NCBI GenBank assembly: GCA_039194325.1 | Contig: JBCCWC010000012.1 | Span: forward strand, 64,267-128,266 | Length of the DNA: 64,000 nucleotides | Reading direction: 5' to 3' | Source: Myxococcota bacterium | Lineage (GTDB): Bacteria; Myxococcota_A; Polyangia; Nannocystales; Nannocystaceae | Shown: positions 40,174-48,971 of the stretch, piece after piece | How positions within the stretch are numbered: position 1 is the stretch's first letter | Layout of the letters: each line of letters starts with the position of its first letter | Position numbers and translations under genes: made by a program | The notes under the pieces: model-generated | Told to the model about the DNA's origin: nothing | What the model saw: the letters and a program-made list of their open reading frames with translations, nothing else | Database searches by the model: none

Positions 40174-41217
40174 ATGGAAGAGTCAGCGTTTGCAAACACG
40201 CCACACATGGCCATCATGGACATGGTTACGGGCTACTGGAAGTCCCAGGCCATCGCGACGGCTACGAGGCTGGGTATCGCCGACGTGCTGGCGGATGGGC
40301 CAATGGACGCCGAGGCGATCGCCGAAGCGACCAACGCCAACCCAGACGCGATCTATCGATTGCTGCGGGCACTCGCCAGCGTCGGGGTCTTTGCGCATGA
40401 AGGAGAGCGCAGCTTTACCAACACCCCGATGTCCGACGTACTCAAGAAGGGCGGGATGCTCTCGATGCGTGCGGTGATCATGCTGTTTGCAACGCCCATG
40501 CACTGGCTGAACTGGGGCGAGCTAGCTCGGGCCATACGTACGGGCCAGTCCCCTATGCGTCACCTGCACGGCGTTGACGACCCGTTTCAATACTTCAAGC
40601 TCCACCCCGAGGAAGAGGAGTTCCACCGAAACGCCCTCGACGAGCTCTCGCGCACCGAGATCCCGGCTATCCGTGGTGCGTACGACTTTAGCGACATTGG
40701 GACGCTGGTCGACGTAGGGGGAAGCTACGGCAAGCTGCTCGCCTACCTCCTGCAGACCAATCCCGATATGAAGGGGGTGCTGTTCGACTCACCGGAGATC
40801 ATCGAGGGCATCTCCGATGGACCGCTCACCGAGCCCGCCCTAGAAGGTCGTTGGGAGGCCGTCGCCGGGGACTTCTTCGAGTCGGTCCCGTCGGGCGGCG
40901 ATGCCTACGTCCTCAAGAATGTCCTCGACGACTGGAGTGACGAGCACTGCAAGAAGATCCTCCAGAGTATCCGCCGCGCCATCGCGCCGGGAGGGCGCGT
41001 GCTGGTCATGGATTTCGTGGTCAAGTCCGAGCCGGGCCCGGATCAAGCGAAATGGGTCGATCTCAACATGATGCTGGTCGCCAACGGAGGGCGTGAACGC
41101 ACCAAGGAAGAGTTCGCCGCACTGTTCGCGGAGACCGGATTCGAGCTTGCACGCATCGTTCCCACCATGATGCCGATCTCCATCGTCGAAGCACGGATTG
41201 CCGGGGAATCGGCCTAA
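40174..41217 (+). CDS. Class I SAM-dependent O-methyltransferase (COMT-like, dimerisation domain)
   Basis: RLLRALAS.GVF, VDVGGSYG, GDFFESVP.GGDAY, DW.D and GGRERT. Confidence 0.92.
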   Translation: MEESAFANTPHMAIMDMVTGYWKSQAIATATRLGIADVLADGPMDAEAIAEATNANPDAIYRLLRALASVGVFAHEGERSFTNTPMSDVLKKGGMLSMRAVIMLFATPMHWLNWGELARAIRTGQSPMRHLHGVDDPFQYFKLHPEEEEFHRNALDELSRTEIPAIRGAYDFSDIGTLVDVGGSYGKLLAYLLQTNPDMKGVLFDSPEIIEGISDGPLTEPALEGRWEAVAGDFFESVPSGGDAYVLKNVLDDWSDEHCKKILQSIRRAIAPGGRVLVMDFVVKSEPGPDQAKWVDLNMMLVANGGRERTKEEFAALFAETGFELARIVPTMMPISIVEARIAGESA

Positions 41218-41236
41218 CCGGCCTAACCGGCCGCAT

Positions 41237-41884
41237 CTACCGATTCGCGAGGCCCTCGGGCATGCGCCAGTTGCTGGCGACGAGGTCCGCGGGCTCGTCG
41301 ACATCGAAGCACAACCCACGACGCTCGACCAACACCGTGTCCAGCCCCAGCCGCTGTGCTCGCGCGAGGTGACGCGTAAAGCTATCCGCGCGCCCAAAGC
41401 AGCTGTGGGTCCACCCCGTGCTCCGACTCAAGCACAGCGCATTGGTCCCCGCTCGCTTGCGATCGGGAGCGAGGACCACCGCTCGGGGCTCGGCCGCCGT
41501 GGCCAGGTGCGCGACGTCGGCAACATCGAGCAGGGGCAGATCCGCCATGCAGATCAGGGCCTTGTCTGCCCCCAGGCGCCACACCTGCTCGACGCCACGG
41601 TCCACGACCCGGGCCAGACGCGGCGTGGTGTCGGACGGTGGATCTCGCAGCACCCGCAGATCCATCTCGCGGGCCAGCACGGCCACGCCGTCGTCTTCGG
41701 TGAGCACGAGGACCCCTCGGATGACGGGGCTGTCTCGCAGCACCGTGGTGACATGATCGAACAGGTGGCGTGCGAAACGCGTACGCTCCGACTCCGGCAG
41801 TCGCGGGCGCAGACGGGTCTTGCCGCGAGCGAACCCCTTGACCGGGACCACCGCCCAGGTGCACCCCTGCTCAGCCGACGGCAT
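41237..41884 (-). CDS. cofC: Phospholactate/PEP guanylyltransferase
   Basis: AVVPVK.F..GKTRL, MADLP, APDR...GTNAL, FG..SF..H and DVDEP.DL. Confidence 0.9.
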   Translation of the reverse strand: MPSAEQGCTWAVVPVKGFARGKTRLRPRLPESERTRFARHLFDHVTTVLRDSPVIRGVLVLTEDDGVAVLAREMDLRVLRDPPSDTTPRLARVVDRGVEQVWRLGADKALICMADLPLLDVADVAHLATAAEPRAVVLAPDRKRAGTNALCLSRSTGWTHSCFGRADSFTRHLARAQRLGLDTVLVERRGLCFDVDEPADLVASNWRMPEGLANR

Positions 41885-42785
41885 CTGCAAAGTCGAGTAG
41901 CTCCCGGGCCAATCGCGCTCGATCGTCGCGTCCGCCCATGATCGTGCTCGTCCCCAACACGGGGATCTCGCGAACCGCCGACTCATCGCCGCGTTCTACG
42001 ACCAGACCGTGCAAGAGCCCGGCGTAGTGATCGACGATCGCCTGCGGCGAGGGCTCGCGTCGTGCCAGCGCGCGGATCATCTCACCCAGCGGGCCCTTGA
42101 CCGCCTTTCCCCGGACGATCGGCGACAGCGCCACGACCTTCGTCTGCGCCACGCGATCGCGCACCCCTTCGAGCGTGAGGATAGGGTCGATCGATACATA
42201 GGGGTTCGAAGGACCGATGATGATCAGATCAGCTCGCGAAAGAGCATCGTGGACCTCCGGGGTGGCATGCGCCGACCCCTCGAAGCGCACGCCAGCGACG
42301 GCCGGCGCACGGTGCTTGACCAGCCAGTCCTGAAACGGCATCGGCCCGTGGTCGACGGTATCGATCCAGGTGCATCGCGGCTGATCGCACATGGGGATCA
42401 CCCGGCAGCCGACCCCCAGCGCTGCGCAAAGCGACTGCGTGATCGAGGTGAGCGATTCACCACCGGCCGAGCGAGCCGTGCGCACCAGATGGGTGGCGAG
42501 ATCCTGATCGCCGAGCGAGAACCAGCTCGGCTCGCCGTACCGCTTCATCATCTCGAGCGCCCGGAACGACTCGTCGCGCAAGCCCCAACCCCGCGCCTGG
42601 TCGGCGACCTCGCCGAGCGTGTACATGACCGTGTCGAGATCCGGGCTCACCCGCAGACCCCAATGGACCAGATCATCACCCGTGTTGACGACGGCGGTGA
42701 GCGACTCCGGCGCGATCTCCTGGGCCAGACCGTGCAATAACCGCGCTCCTCCGATCCCCCCCGACAAAAAGACGATGTGGCGCAT
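41871..42785 (-). CDS. cofD: 2-phospho-L-lactate transferase
   Basis: SGGIGGAR, VNTGDD, PDLDTVMY, WF.LGD.DLATH, PSNPYVSI.PIL and SPIV.G.AVKGP. Confidence 0.95.
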   Translation of the reverse strand: MRHIVFLSGGIGGARLLHGLAQEIAPESLTAVVNTGDDLVHWGLRVSPDLDTVMYTLGEVADQARGWGLRDESFRALEMMKRYGEPSWFSLGDQDLATHLVRTARSAGGESLTSITQSLCAALGVGCRVIPMCDQPRCTWIDTVDHGPMPFQDWLVKHRAPAVAGVRFEGSAHATPEVHDALSRADLIIIGPSNPYVSIDPILTLEGVRDRVAQTKVVALSPIVRGKAVKGPLGEMIRALARREPSPQAIVDHYAGLLHGLVVERGDESAVREIPVLGTSTIMGGRDDRARLARELLDFADAVG

Positions 42786-43057
42786 AAGGCGTCAGCAGCC
42801 GTTTCGTTGCTCGAAGCGATGCCCAAAGCCTTGGTCGTTCGGTGACACGCTCGCGGCACGCTCAGATCACGCAGATCGCAGGTACGTCCTATACCATAGT
42901 TTGAGGAGATCTTGCGTCACACGATCATGACCACGTCGGACCCCGGCGCAGCGCTCATCCTGATCCCATCCTGCTGAAATCAAAGGACAACTCTCCGCCC
43001 ACCGCGGTCGCGACGTCGAAACCTCCCGCGGTGACTCGATGCCGTTATACTCCGCCC

Positions 43058-43984
43058 GTGAAGACCAACTCTCTGGCCGGCAAGACCGTGCTGATCACCG
43101 GAGCGACGAACGGAATCGGCAAGGCTACCGCGCTCGAGCTCGCACGGGCCGGCGCACAGACCCTCATCGTCGGGCGCGACGCCTTCAAGACTGAGCGCTG
43201 TCGTGCCGAGATCGCGGATCTGTCCGGTAACCGGAACGTCAAGGCGCTGATCGCCGACCTCTCCATACGAAGCGCGATCGATCACCTCGCCGCCCAGGTG
43301 CGAGACGGCTGGTCTACGCTCGACGTGCTCATCAACAACGCCGGCGGGATGCAACCCCGACAGCTCCTCAGCGTCGATGGCGTCGAGCTCACCTTTGCCA
43401 TCAATCACCTGGCCTACTTCCAGCTGACCGTCGCGCTCTATCCCCTGCTGGCCGCCGCTCCTTCCGCCCGAATCATCAACGTCACGACCGATTGGCACAA
43501 GAAGGGGACGATCGACTGGTCGAACCTGCAAGGGGAGAAGAGCTGGGATTCCGCGGCTCTTTATTACGATACCAAGCTGGCCAATGTCCTGTTCACCTAC
43601 GAGCTCGCGCGGCGTCTTCGGCACACGTCGATTACGGCCAATTGCGTGCACCCCGGCGCCGTACAGTCCGGGTTTTGGGAGGGACAGCCGGGTGCAATGG
43701 CGAAGTTCTTCCGGTTCATGAGTCCCCTGATGTTCCTGAGCCCGCAAAAGGGAGCCGAGCCTCTGGTCCACCTGGCCACCTCGCCCGATCTGAAAGGATC
43801 GAGCGGCGAATACTTCTCGCGGATGAAGAAGGTACGCAGCGCGCCGAGCAGCTACGACGAGCACACCCAGGCTCGGCTTTGGGAGGTCTCGGCGGAGCTC
43901 CTGGGGCTTGCGCCAGATCCCGACAATCCGCTCGCTCCCACCGCCAAGGACCGCTCCTCGAGCCAGGCGGCCACCTCCGGCTAG
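43058..43984 (+). CDS. Short-chain dehydrogenase/reductase (RDH-like)
   Basis: ITGATNGIG, NNAG, YYDTK and VHPG. Confidence 0.92.
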   Translation: MKTNSLAGKTVLITGATNGIGKATALELARAGAQTLIVGRDAFKTERCRAEIADLSGNRNVKALIADLSIRSAIDHLAAQVRDGWSTLDVLINNAGGMQPRQLLSVDGVELTFAINHLAYFQLTVALYPLLAAAPSARIINVTTDWHKKGTIDWSNLQGEKSWDSAALYYDTKLANVLFTYELARRLRHTSITANCVHPGAVQSGFWEGQPGAMAKFFRFMSPLMFLSPQKGAEPLVHLATSPDLKGSSGEYFSRMKKVRSAPSSYDEHTQARLWEVSAELLGLAPDPDNPLAPTAKDRSSSQAATSG

Positions 43985-44220
43985 TGCCCTAGTACCCCTT
44001 GCCGAACGCTCGTGCCGGGTTGGGCGCACAGCTGCGCCGCGAGGGCGGCGCGAGGAAGGCGCTTGTCGGGCACGAGGCGCTAGTTCCTTGGATCGAGCAA
44101 AGGCTATATAGTCGCGGGCGACCTACGTCATAGCTCGGCCACCCCCGGGTGGCCTACGTTGCTCGGCCTACGTTGCTCGGCTAGCACGCGCCGCGGCGTA
44201 GCCCCAAAGGAGAGGGAGCA

Positions 44221-44661
44221 GTGAAGCAAAACAAGATCTTCATTCAGTTCATCAAGCTCTTCGTCTACGTCTACCGATCGACCAAGGGGAAGGTCGGCGG
44301 CTTCATCAATGGGCACCACGTCCTGCTGCTGACCACCGTCGGGCGCAAGACGGGACTGGTGCGCACCAATCCGGTGCTCTACGACCGCGTCGGTGACGAT
44401 CTGATCATGGTGGCCTCTGCCGGCGGCGCCCCCTTCCATCCCGGCTGGTACTACAACCTCAAGGCGAACCCCACGGTCAAGGTGGAACTCGGGCCCGTCG
44501 AACAAACGAGGGTCGCACGCATCGCCACCCCCGAGGAGCGCCCTTTCTTTTGGAACCGCATGGTCTTGAAGCACCCCGGCTTTGCCGACTACCAGCGAAA
44601 GATCAAGCGATTGCTCCCCATCGTAGTGCTGAGTCCGGCGCCGAGCGAACAAGCCGAGTGA
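44221..44661 (+). CDS. Deazaflavin (F420H2)-dependent nitroreductase/quinone reductase, Ddn/FDOR-A family
   Basis: LLLTTVGRKTG..R..P, VAS.GG...HP.WY.NL.ANP and F.DYQ....R..P.V.L. Confidence 0.9.
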   Translation: MKQNKIFIQFIKLFVYVYRSTKGKVGGFINGHHVLLLTTVGRKTGLVRTNPVLYDRVGDDLIMVASAGGAPFHPGWYYNLKANPTVKVELGPVEQTRVARIATPEERPFFWNRMVLKHPGFADYQRKIKRLLPIVVLSPAPSEQAE

Positions 44662-44704
44662 ACGAGCCGAGCGAACAGCCGAGCGGACAAATAGGTTGAG
44701 CACC

Positions 44705-47425
44705 ATGAGAGCGACCGAGCAGACGATATCCATCATCGGGGCAGGCACCGGCGGGCTGGCCATGGCGCATGCACTGCTGCACCACGGGGTCTCGCCCGCC
44801 AATATCCGAGTGTACGAGAAGAACACCGAGATCAAGTCGGAGATCGGCGCGGGGCTCGGGCTCACCAGCGCCGTCGAGGTGCTTCGAAGCTATGGCTTTC
44901 AGGACCAGATGGAGCGCTTCGCCGCGCCGGTCCGCCGCGCGCGGTTCATGACCGACCGCGGCAAATCGCTGGCGGTCTCCGACTCGGAGTGGGTCCTCGA
45001 CAAACTGGGGATCGCCCGCAGCTACGTGATGGCCGGGGTGGAGAGGGCGGCGTTCCTCGCGATGCTCGCCGACGCCCTCCCCGAGGGGATCCTGGTGCTC
45101 GGCAAGTCCCTCGATCGGATCGAGCAAGACGTCGAGGGAGCCACCTGCATCTTCGAGGATGGCGACCGGCAGCGGAGCACGATCGTGATCGGGGCCGACG
45201 GCATCCACTCACGAGTTCGCGACCTGCTCTTCGGCCACGAGAAGCCCATCTTCAGCGGCCACTGCATCTGGTACGGCGTATCCACGCTCCCCGAAGATCT
45301 CTTCCGCAAGATCGACGGAGAGATGCACATGGTCTTCGGCAGCGGGTGGAACATGGGCGCCTACGCCATCCATCGCCCCGACCGGAAGGTGATGTTCTTC
45401 CGCACCGATCTCTCCTCGGAGGTGACGGTCGAGTCCTGGGAGAACGAGGCCGCCAAAGACGTGGTCCGCAGCAAGGTGGGCGGGAAGTCCGAGGTCTTCG
45501 ACGCGTTGGTGGAGCACGCCGACCGCCTCATGAACTTCGGGCTCTACTACCGCCGTAACCTCTCGCAGTCCTGGCACTGCGGGCGAGTGGTGCTGATGGG
45601 AGACGCTGCCCATGCAACCTTGCCGTATATGTCCCAGGGAGCAAACCTCGCGATCGAGGACGCCGCCTGCCTGTCCCACCTTTTGCAAGATCACCTCCTC
45701 GAGGAGGCCTTCCGCACCTTCCATCGCAAGCGCGAGCCCAAGACAACGAAGATGGTCCAGCAGGCGGTGACGCTCGGCCGCTTCGACCTCGCCTCCACTC
45801 GCCTGGGGATCGCCGCGCGTGACAGTTTCTATCGGGTCATGGGCGCCACCGGGATGATCACCCGCACAGCGCTCGGCTTCTATCGCTCGAGCTTCGTCGA
45901 GGTGTCGCAGTACATCACCCCCACGCGTACCGGCTCCCCTGACCGCCTCTCCAAGGCGGAGCCCAACACGCCGGCGCAGACGCAGCCAGACACGCCGACG
46001 CAGACGCAGCCAGACACGCAGCCAGACACGCAGCCAAAGCCGCCCCCCTCCGCTGGCCAGGAGCTTCCGTGGAGACTCCCTCCAGGGCCTCCACCTCAAC
46101 GACTGCTCCAGCTAGGAGGTCTGCTGCTCAAGGATCGTCTCGCGTTCACCCGTGAGCTACAGCAAAGCTACGGGGACATGGTGCGAGTGCCCTTGGGGAT
46201 CATTCTCTCTCACCCCGAGGCCATCCGACACGTCCTGGTCGTCAACGCCGACAACTACATCAAGGGGCAGGTCTTTGCCGACTTTGGAGATAGCCTCCTG
46301 GGCAATGGGCTCGCCATGCGCGTGGGCTCGGAGTGGAAGAAGCGGCGCCGCTGGATGAATCCGCACTTCCAACCCAACGTCATCGGGAACCTCAGTGAGG
46401 GGATGCTCGACGGCATCACGAGCCAGCTCGATCTGTGGGCTGGGAGCGCGACCCGAGGCGAGACCGTCGAACTCAACAAAGACGTTCACCTGCTCTCTGG
46501 ACGCGTGCTCTGTCGTGCCCTGCTCGGCGCCTCCTTGTCGGAGGGCGAGCTCAAGCAAGTGCACCAAGAGCTCAAGTGGGCGATCTCCTTCCTCTCACTA
46601 CGCGCCATATTTCCGATCGGGCTCCTCAAGCAGCCGCGCCTGCCGCAAAACCGACGACTCGCTCGCGCGACCGCCCGGATACGCGAGCTCGTGCAACGAG
46701 AGATCCAGGCCGAGCGCAACCGCCCGCAGCCCTCCTCGTCGCTCATTGCCACGATGATCCAGTCCGAGGATCCCGACACCGGCGAGCGGATGAGTGACGA
46801 TACGATCTACGACGAGGTCATCGGCTTGATCCTCGGCGGGGTGGACACCGTGGGCGACACCCTGTTTTGGGCCCTCCATGCCCTGGCCAAGCAACCCGAG
46901 GTGCGAGCTCGGGCCCAGGCACAAGTCGACGAGGTGCTCGGAGCTCGGGCCCCGAGCCACGACGATGTGCCGAAACTCGACTACCTGCGGCGGATCATCG
47001 ACGAGACCCTCCGCTTCTACACGCCAACCTGGTCTACGGCCCGCGAGCCGATCAACGAAGATACGATCGGCGCCTATCGGATCCCCGCCAACAAGAGCGT
47101 GTTGCTCAACTACTACCTCGCCCACCGACACCCCGACGTGTGGGAATCACCGGAGAGCTTCGACCCCGACCGGTTCCTCCCGGAGCGCTTCAGCAACACG
47201 CAGCGCCTGGCCTACTTCCCCTTTGGCGGGGGCCCCCGTCGGTGCATCGGCTCTCACTTTGCGCTCCTCGAGCTGACCTTGGCCCTCGCGGCCATCGTTC
47301 AGCGCTTCGAGCTAAAATTCGTCGATCTCGACGGCGTACAGCCATACGCAAGCTTCTCGATCACCGCTAAGGATCCCGCGTTCGTGCGCTTTGAAGAGAG
47401 AAGCACGCGCAAGAGCAACGGGTGA
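44705..47425 (+). CDS. Fusion of group A FAD-dependent monooxygenase and cytochrome P450
   Basis: GAGTGG, GADGIHS and GDAAH..P...QGAN.AIEDA; PDTQ-repeat linker; ETLR, FDPDRF and FGGGPRRCIG, all in one uninterrupted frame. Confidence 0.9.
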   Translation: MRATEQTISIIGAGTGGLAMAHALLHHGVSPANIRVYEKNTEIKSEIGAGLGLTSAVEVLRSYGFQDQMERFAAPVRRARFMTDRGKSLAVSDSEWVLDKLGIARSYVMAGVERAAFLAMLADALPEGILVLGKSLDRIEQDVEGATCIFEDGDRQRSTIVIGADGIHSRVRDLLFGHEKPIFSGHCIWYGVSTLPEDLFRKIDGEMHMVFGSGWNMGAYAIHRPDRKVMFFRTDLSSEVTVESWENEAAKDVVRSKVGGKSEVFDALVEHADRLMNFGLYYRRNLSQSWHCGRVVLMGDAAHATLPYMSQGANLAIEDAACLSHLLQDHLLEEAFRTFHRKREPKTTKMVQQAVTLGRFDLASTRLGIAARDSFYRVMGATGMITRTALGFYRSSFVEVSQYITPTRTGSPDRLSKAEPNTPAQTQPDTPTQTQPDTQPDTQPKPPPSAGQELPWRLPPGPPPQRLLQLGGLLLKDRLAFTRELQQSYGDMVRVPLGIILSHPEAIRHVLVVNADNYIKGQVFADFGDSLLGNGLAMRVGSEWKKRRRWMNPHFQPNVIGNLSEGMLDGITSQLDLWAGSATRGETVELNKDVHLLSGRVLCRALLGASLSEGELKQVHQELKWAISFLSLRAIFPIGLLKQPRLPQNRRLARATARIRELVQREIQAERNRPQPSSSLIATMIQSEDPDTGERMSDDTIYDEVIGLILGGVDTVGDTLFWALHALAKQPEVRARAQAQVDEVLGARAPSHDDVPKLDYLRRIIDETLRFYTPTWSTAREPINEDTIGAYRIPANKSVLLNYYLAHRHPDVWESPESFDPDRFLPERFSNTQRLAYFPFGGGPRRCIGSHFALLELTLALAAIVQRFELKFVDLDGVQPYASFSITAKDPAFVRFEERSTRKSNG

Positions 47426-47482
47426 GGCGGGTGAGGTGATAGGAATCGCGGGCCCGCGCGCGAGGGGCCCGGTCGCAGGGGC

Positions 47483-48967
47483 TCAGGCCTCTCCGGGCTC
47501 GCGCCCGATCCTCACCTCGAAGCTCGACGGGCACTTGTGCGGCAACAACCGCTGGCGCAGCAGCGTGCGTAGCTCACGCGCTCGCTTCTTGGGGCCTGCG
47601 GTCGCCGCGGCGTCGGCCACCGACGACGATCCATCATGCAGATCGACGTGGCCGGTCAACTTGTGCAAGCCCCACGGGTCGCGCACCACCTCGACCCGCG
47701 CCGCGCGGACCGGCTCGAGCGCCTCGAGGGCCCGGTGGACCTCGTGCAGCACCACCTTTTGCCCGCCCACCATCACCATGTCGTCGACCCGCCCGGCAAA
47801 GTGATAGTCGCCCCGCTCGTCGCGCCACATGCGATCGCCGCTCTTGATCCAGCCGTCCTCGAACTTCCCGGCCGCCTGCGGCGGATCGCCCGCATAGCCC
47901 AGCCCATTGTGCGGACCTCGCAGCCACACGTCGCCCACGCTGCCGTCGGCCACGGGCTGCCCCTGTGCGTCGAGCAGCCGTACCTCGTGGGAGCCGGTCG
48001 GCGTCCCCAGCGAGCCTATGGGGGTGACGCCCGGGGTCGCCGAGATCCAGATGTGGAACATCTCGGTCGAGCCGATCCCGTCGACCAGCTGCACCCCAAA
48101 GCGCTCGTGGAATGCAGCGGCCAGCTCGGCCGACAGCTGCTCGCCGGCGGAGACCCACGCCCGCACGCTGGACAGATCGTAGCGCTCGGCGCAATCGGGG
48201 ATCTCGAGCATCGACACGTAGAAGGTGGGAACCGCGAAGAACACCGTGGGCCGCTGCTCTTCGATCCGCGACATGATCCCGTAGATCGAGATCCGCTCGT
48301 TGACCAGGATCGCCGAGCTACCGACCGCGAGCGGGAACACCAGCGAGTTGCCGAAGCCATAGCCAAAGTAGAGCTTGGCGACCGAAAGGCACCGATCGTC
48401 TGCTCGCAAGCCCAGGCGCCCAATCGCAAAGGGCTCCGCTCCGGCGATGACCGCCCCGTGGGGATGAACCACCGCGAGCTCCATGCCGTCGGGGGCCTGG
48501 GTGTACTGCCAACACGCTGGTGTCTCGGGGCTCAGCGAGGCGACCTCGCGGTGCTCCGAGCCCGAATCGAGCGTGGGGGCGAGCTGCTCGTCGAGCCACA
48601 GCGTCGCGTCGACCGAGCCCTCCAGATGCGGGTGGGCCAGGGGCGAGGCAACGATGACCCGAGCCGCGGTGTCCTCCGCGTAAAAGCGCAGCTGCGAGCC
48701 GGGGCACAGCTGGTTGCCCACCACCACCACCGCCCCCAGCCTCCAGCAGGCCAGCACGATCGCCACCAGGGTCGGGCTGTCGCCGCAGAAGGTCGCCACC
48801 CGATCGCCGGCCTCGACGCCCGCCTCACGAAGACGCCCGGCCATGACCGCGGAGCGCCGCGCGAGCTGCTCGTAGCTCACCGTCTCGTCCTCGAAGTGAT
48901 ACGCAACGCGAGCCCCATGGCCCTCGTGAATGTGCCGGCCCACCAAGTGATCGAACGCGTTGACCAT
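47483..48967 (-). CDS. Benzoate/anthranilate-CoA-ligase homologue with degenerate adenylation motifs (AuaE-like acyl loader)
   Basis: AKLYFGYGFGN, SAGE.L, DGIGSTE, SGD and GR.DDM; P-loop reads YTQAPDGMEL and the C-terminal GK motif is absent. Confidence 0.8.
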   Translation of the reverse strand: MVNAFDHLVGRHIHEGHGARVAYHFEDETVSYEQLARRSAVMAGRLREAGVEAGDRVATFCGDSPTLVAIVLACWRLGAVVVVGNQLCPGSQLRFYAEDTAARVIVASPLAHPHLEGSVDATLWLDEQLAPTLDSGSEHREVASLSPETPACWQYTQAPDGMELAVVHPHGAVIAGAEPFAIGRLGLRADDRCLSVAKLYFGYGFGNSLVFPLAVGSSAILVNERISIYGIMSRIEEQRPTVFFAVPTFYVSMLEIPDCAERYDLSSVRAWVSAGEQLSAELAAAFHERFGVQLVDGIGSTEMFHIWISATPGVTPIGSLGTPTGSHEVRLLDAQGQPVADGSVGDVWLRGPHNGLGYAGDPPQAAGKFEDGWIKSGDRMWRDERGDYHFAGRVDDMVMVGGQKVVLHEVHRALEALEPVRAARVEVVRDPWGLHKLTGHVDLHDGSSSVADAAATAGPKKRARELRTLLRQRLLPHKCPSSFEVRIGREPGEA

Positions 48968-48971
48968 GAGC

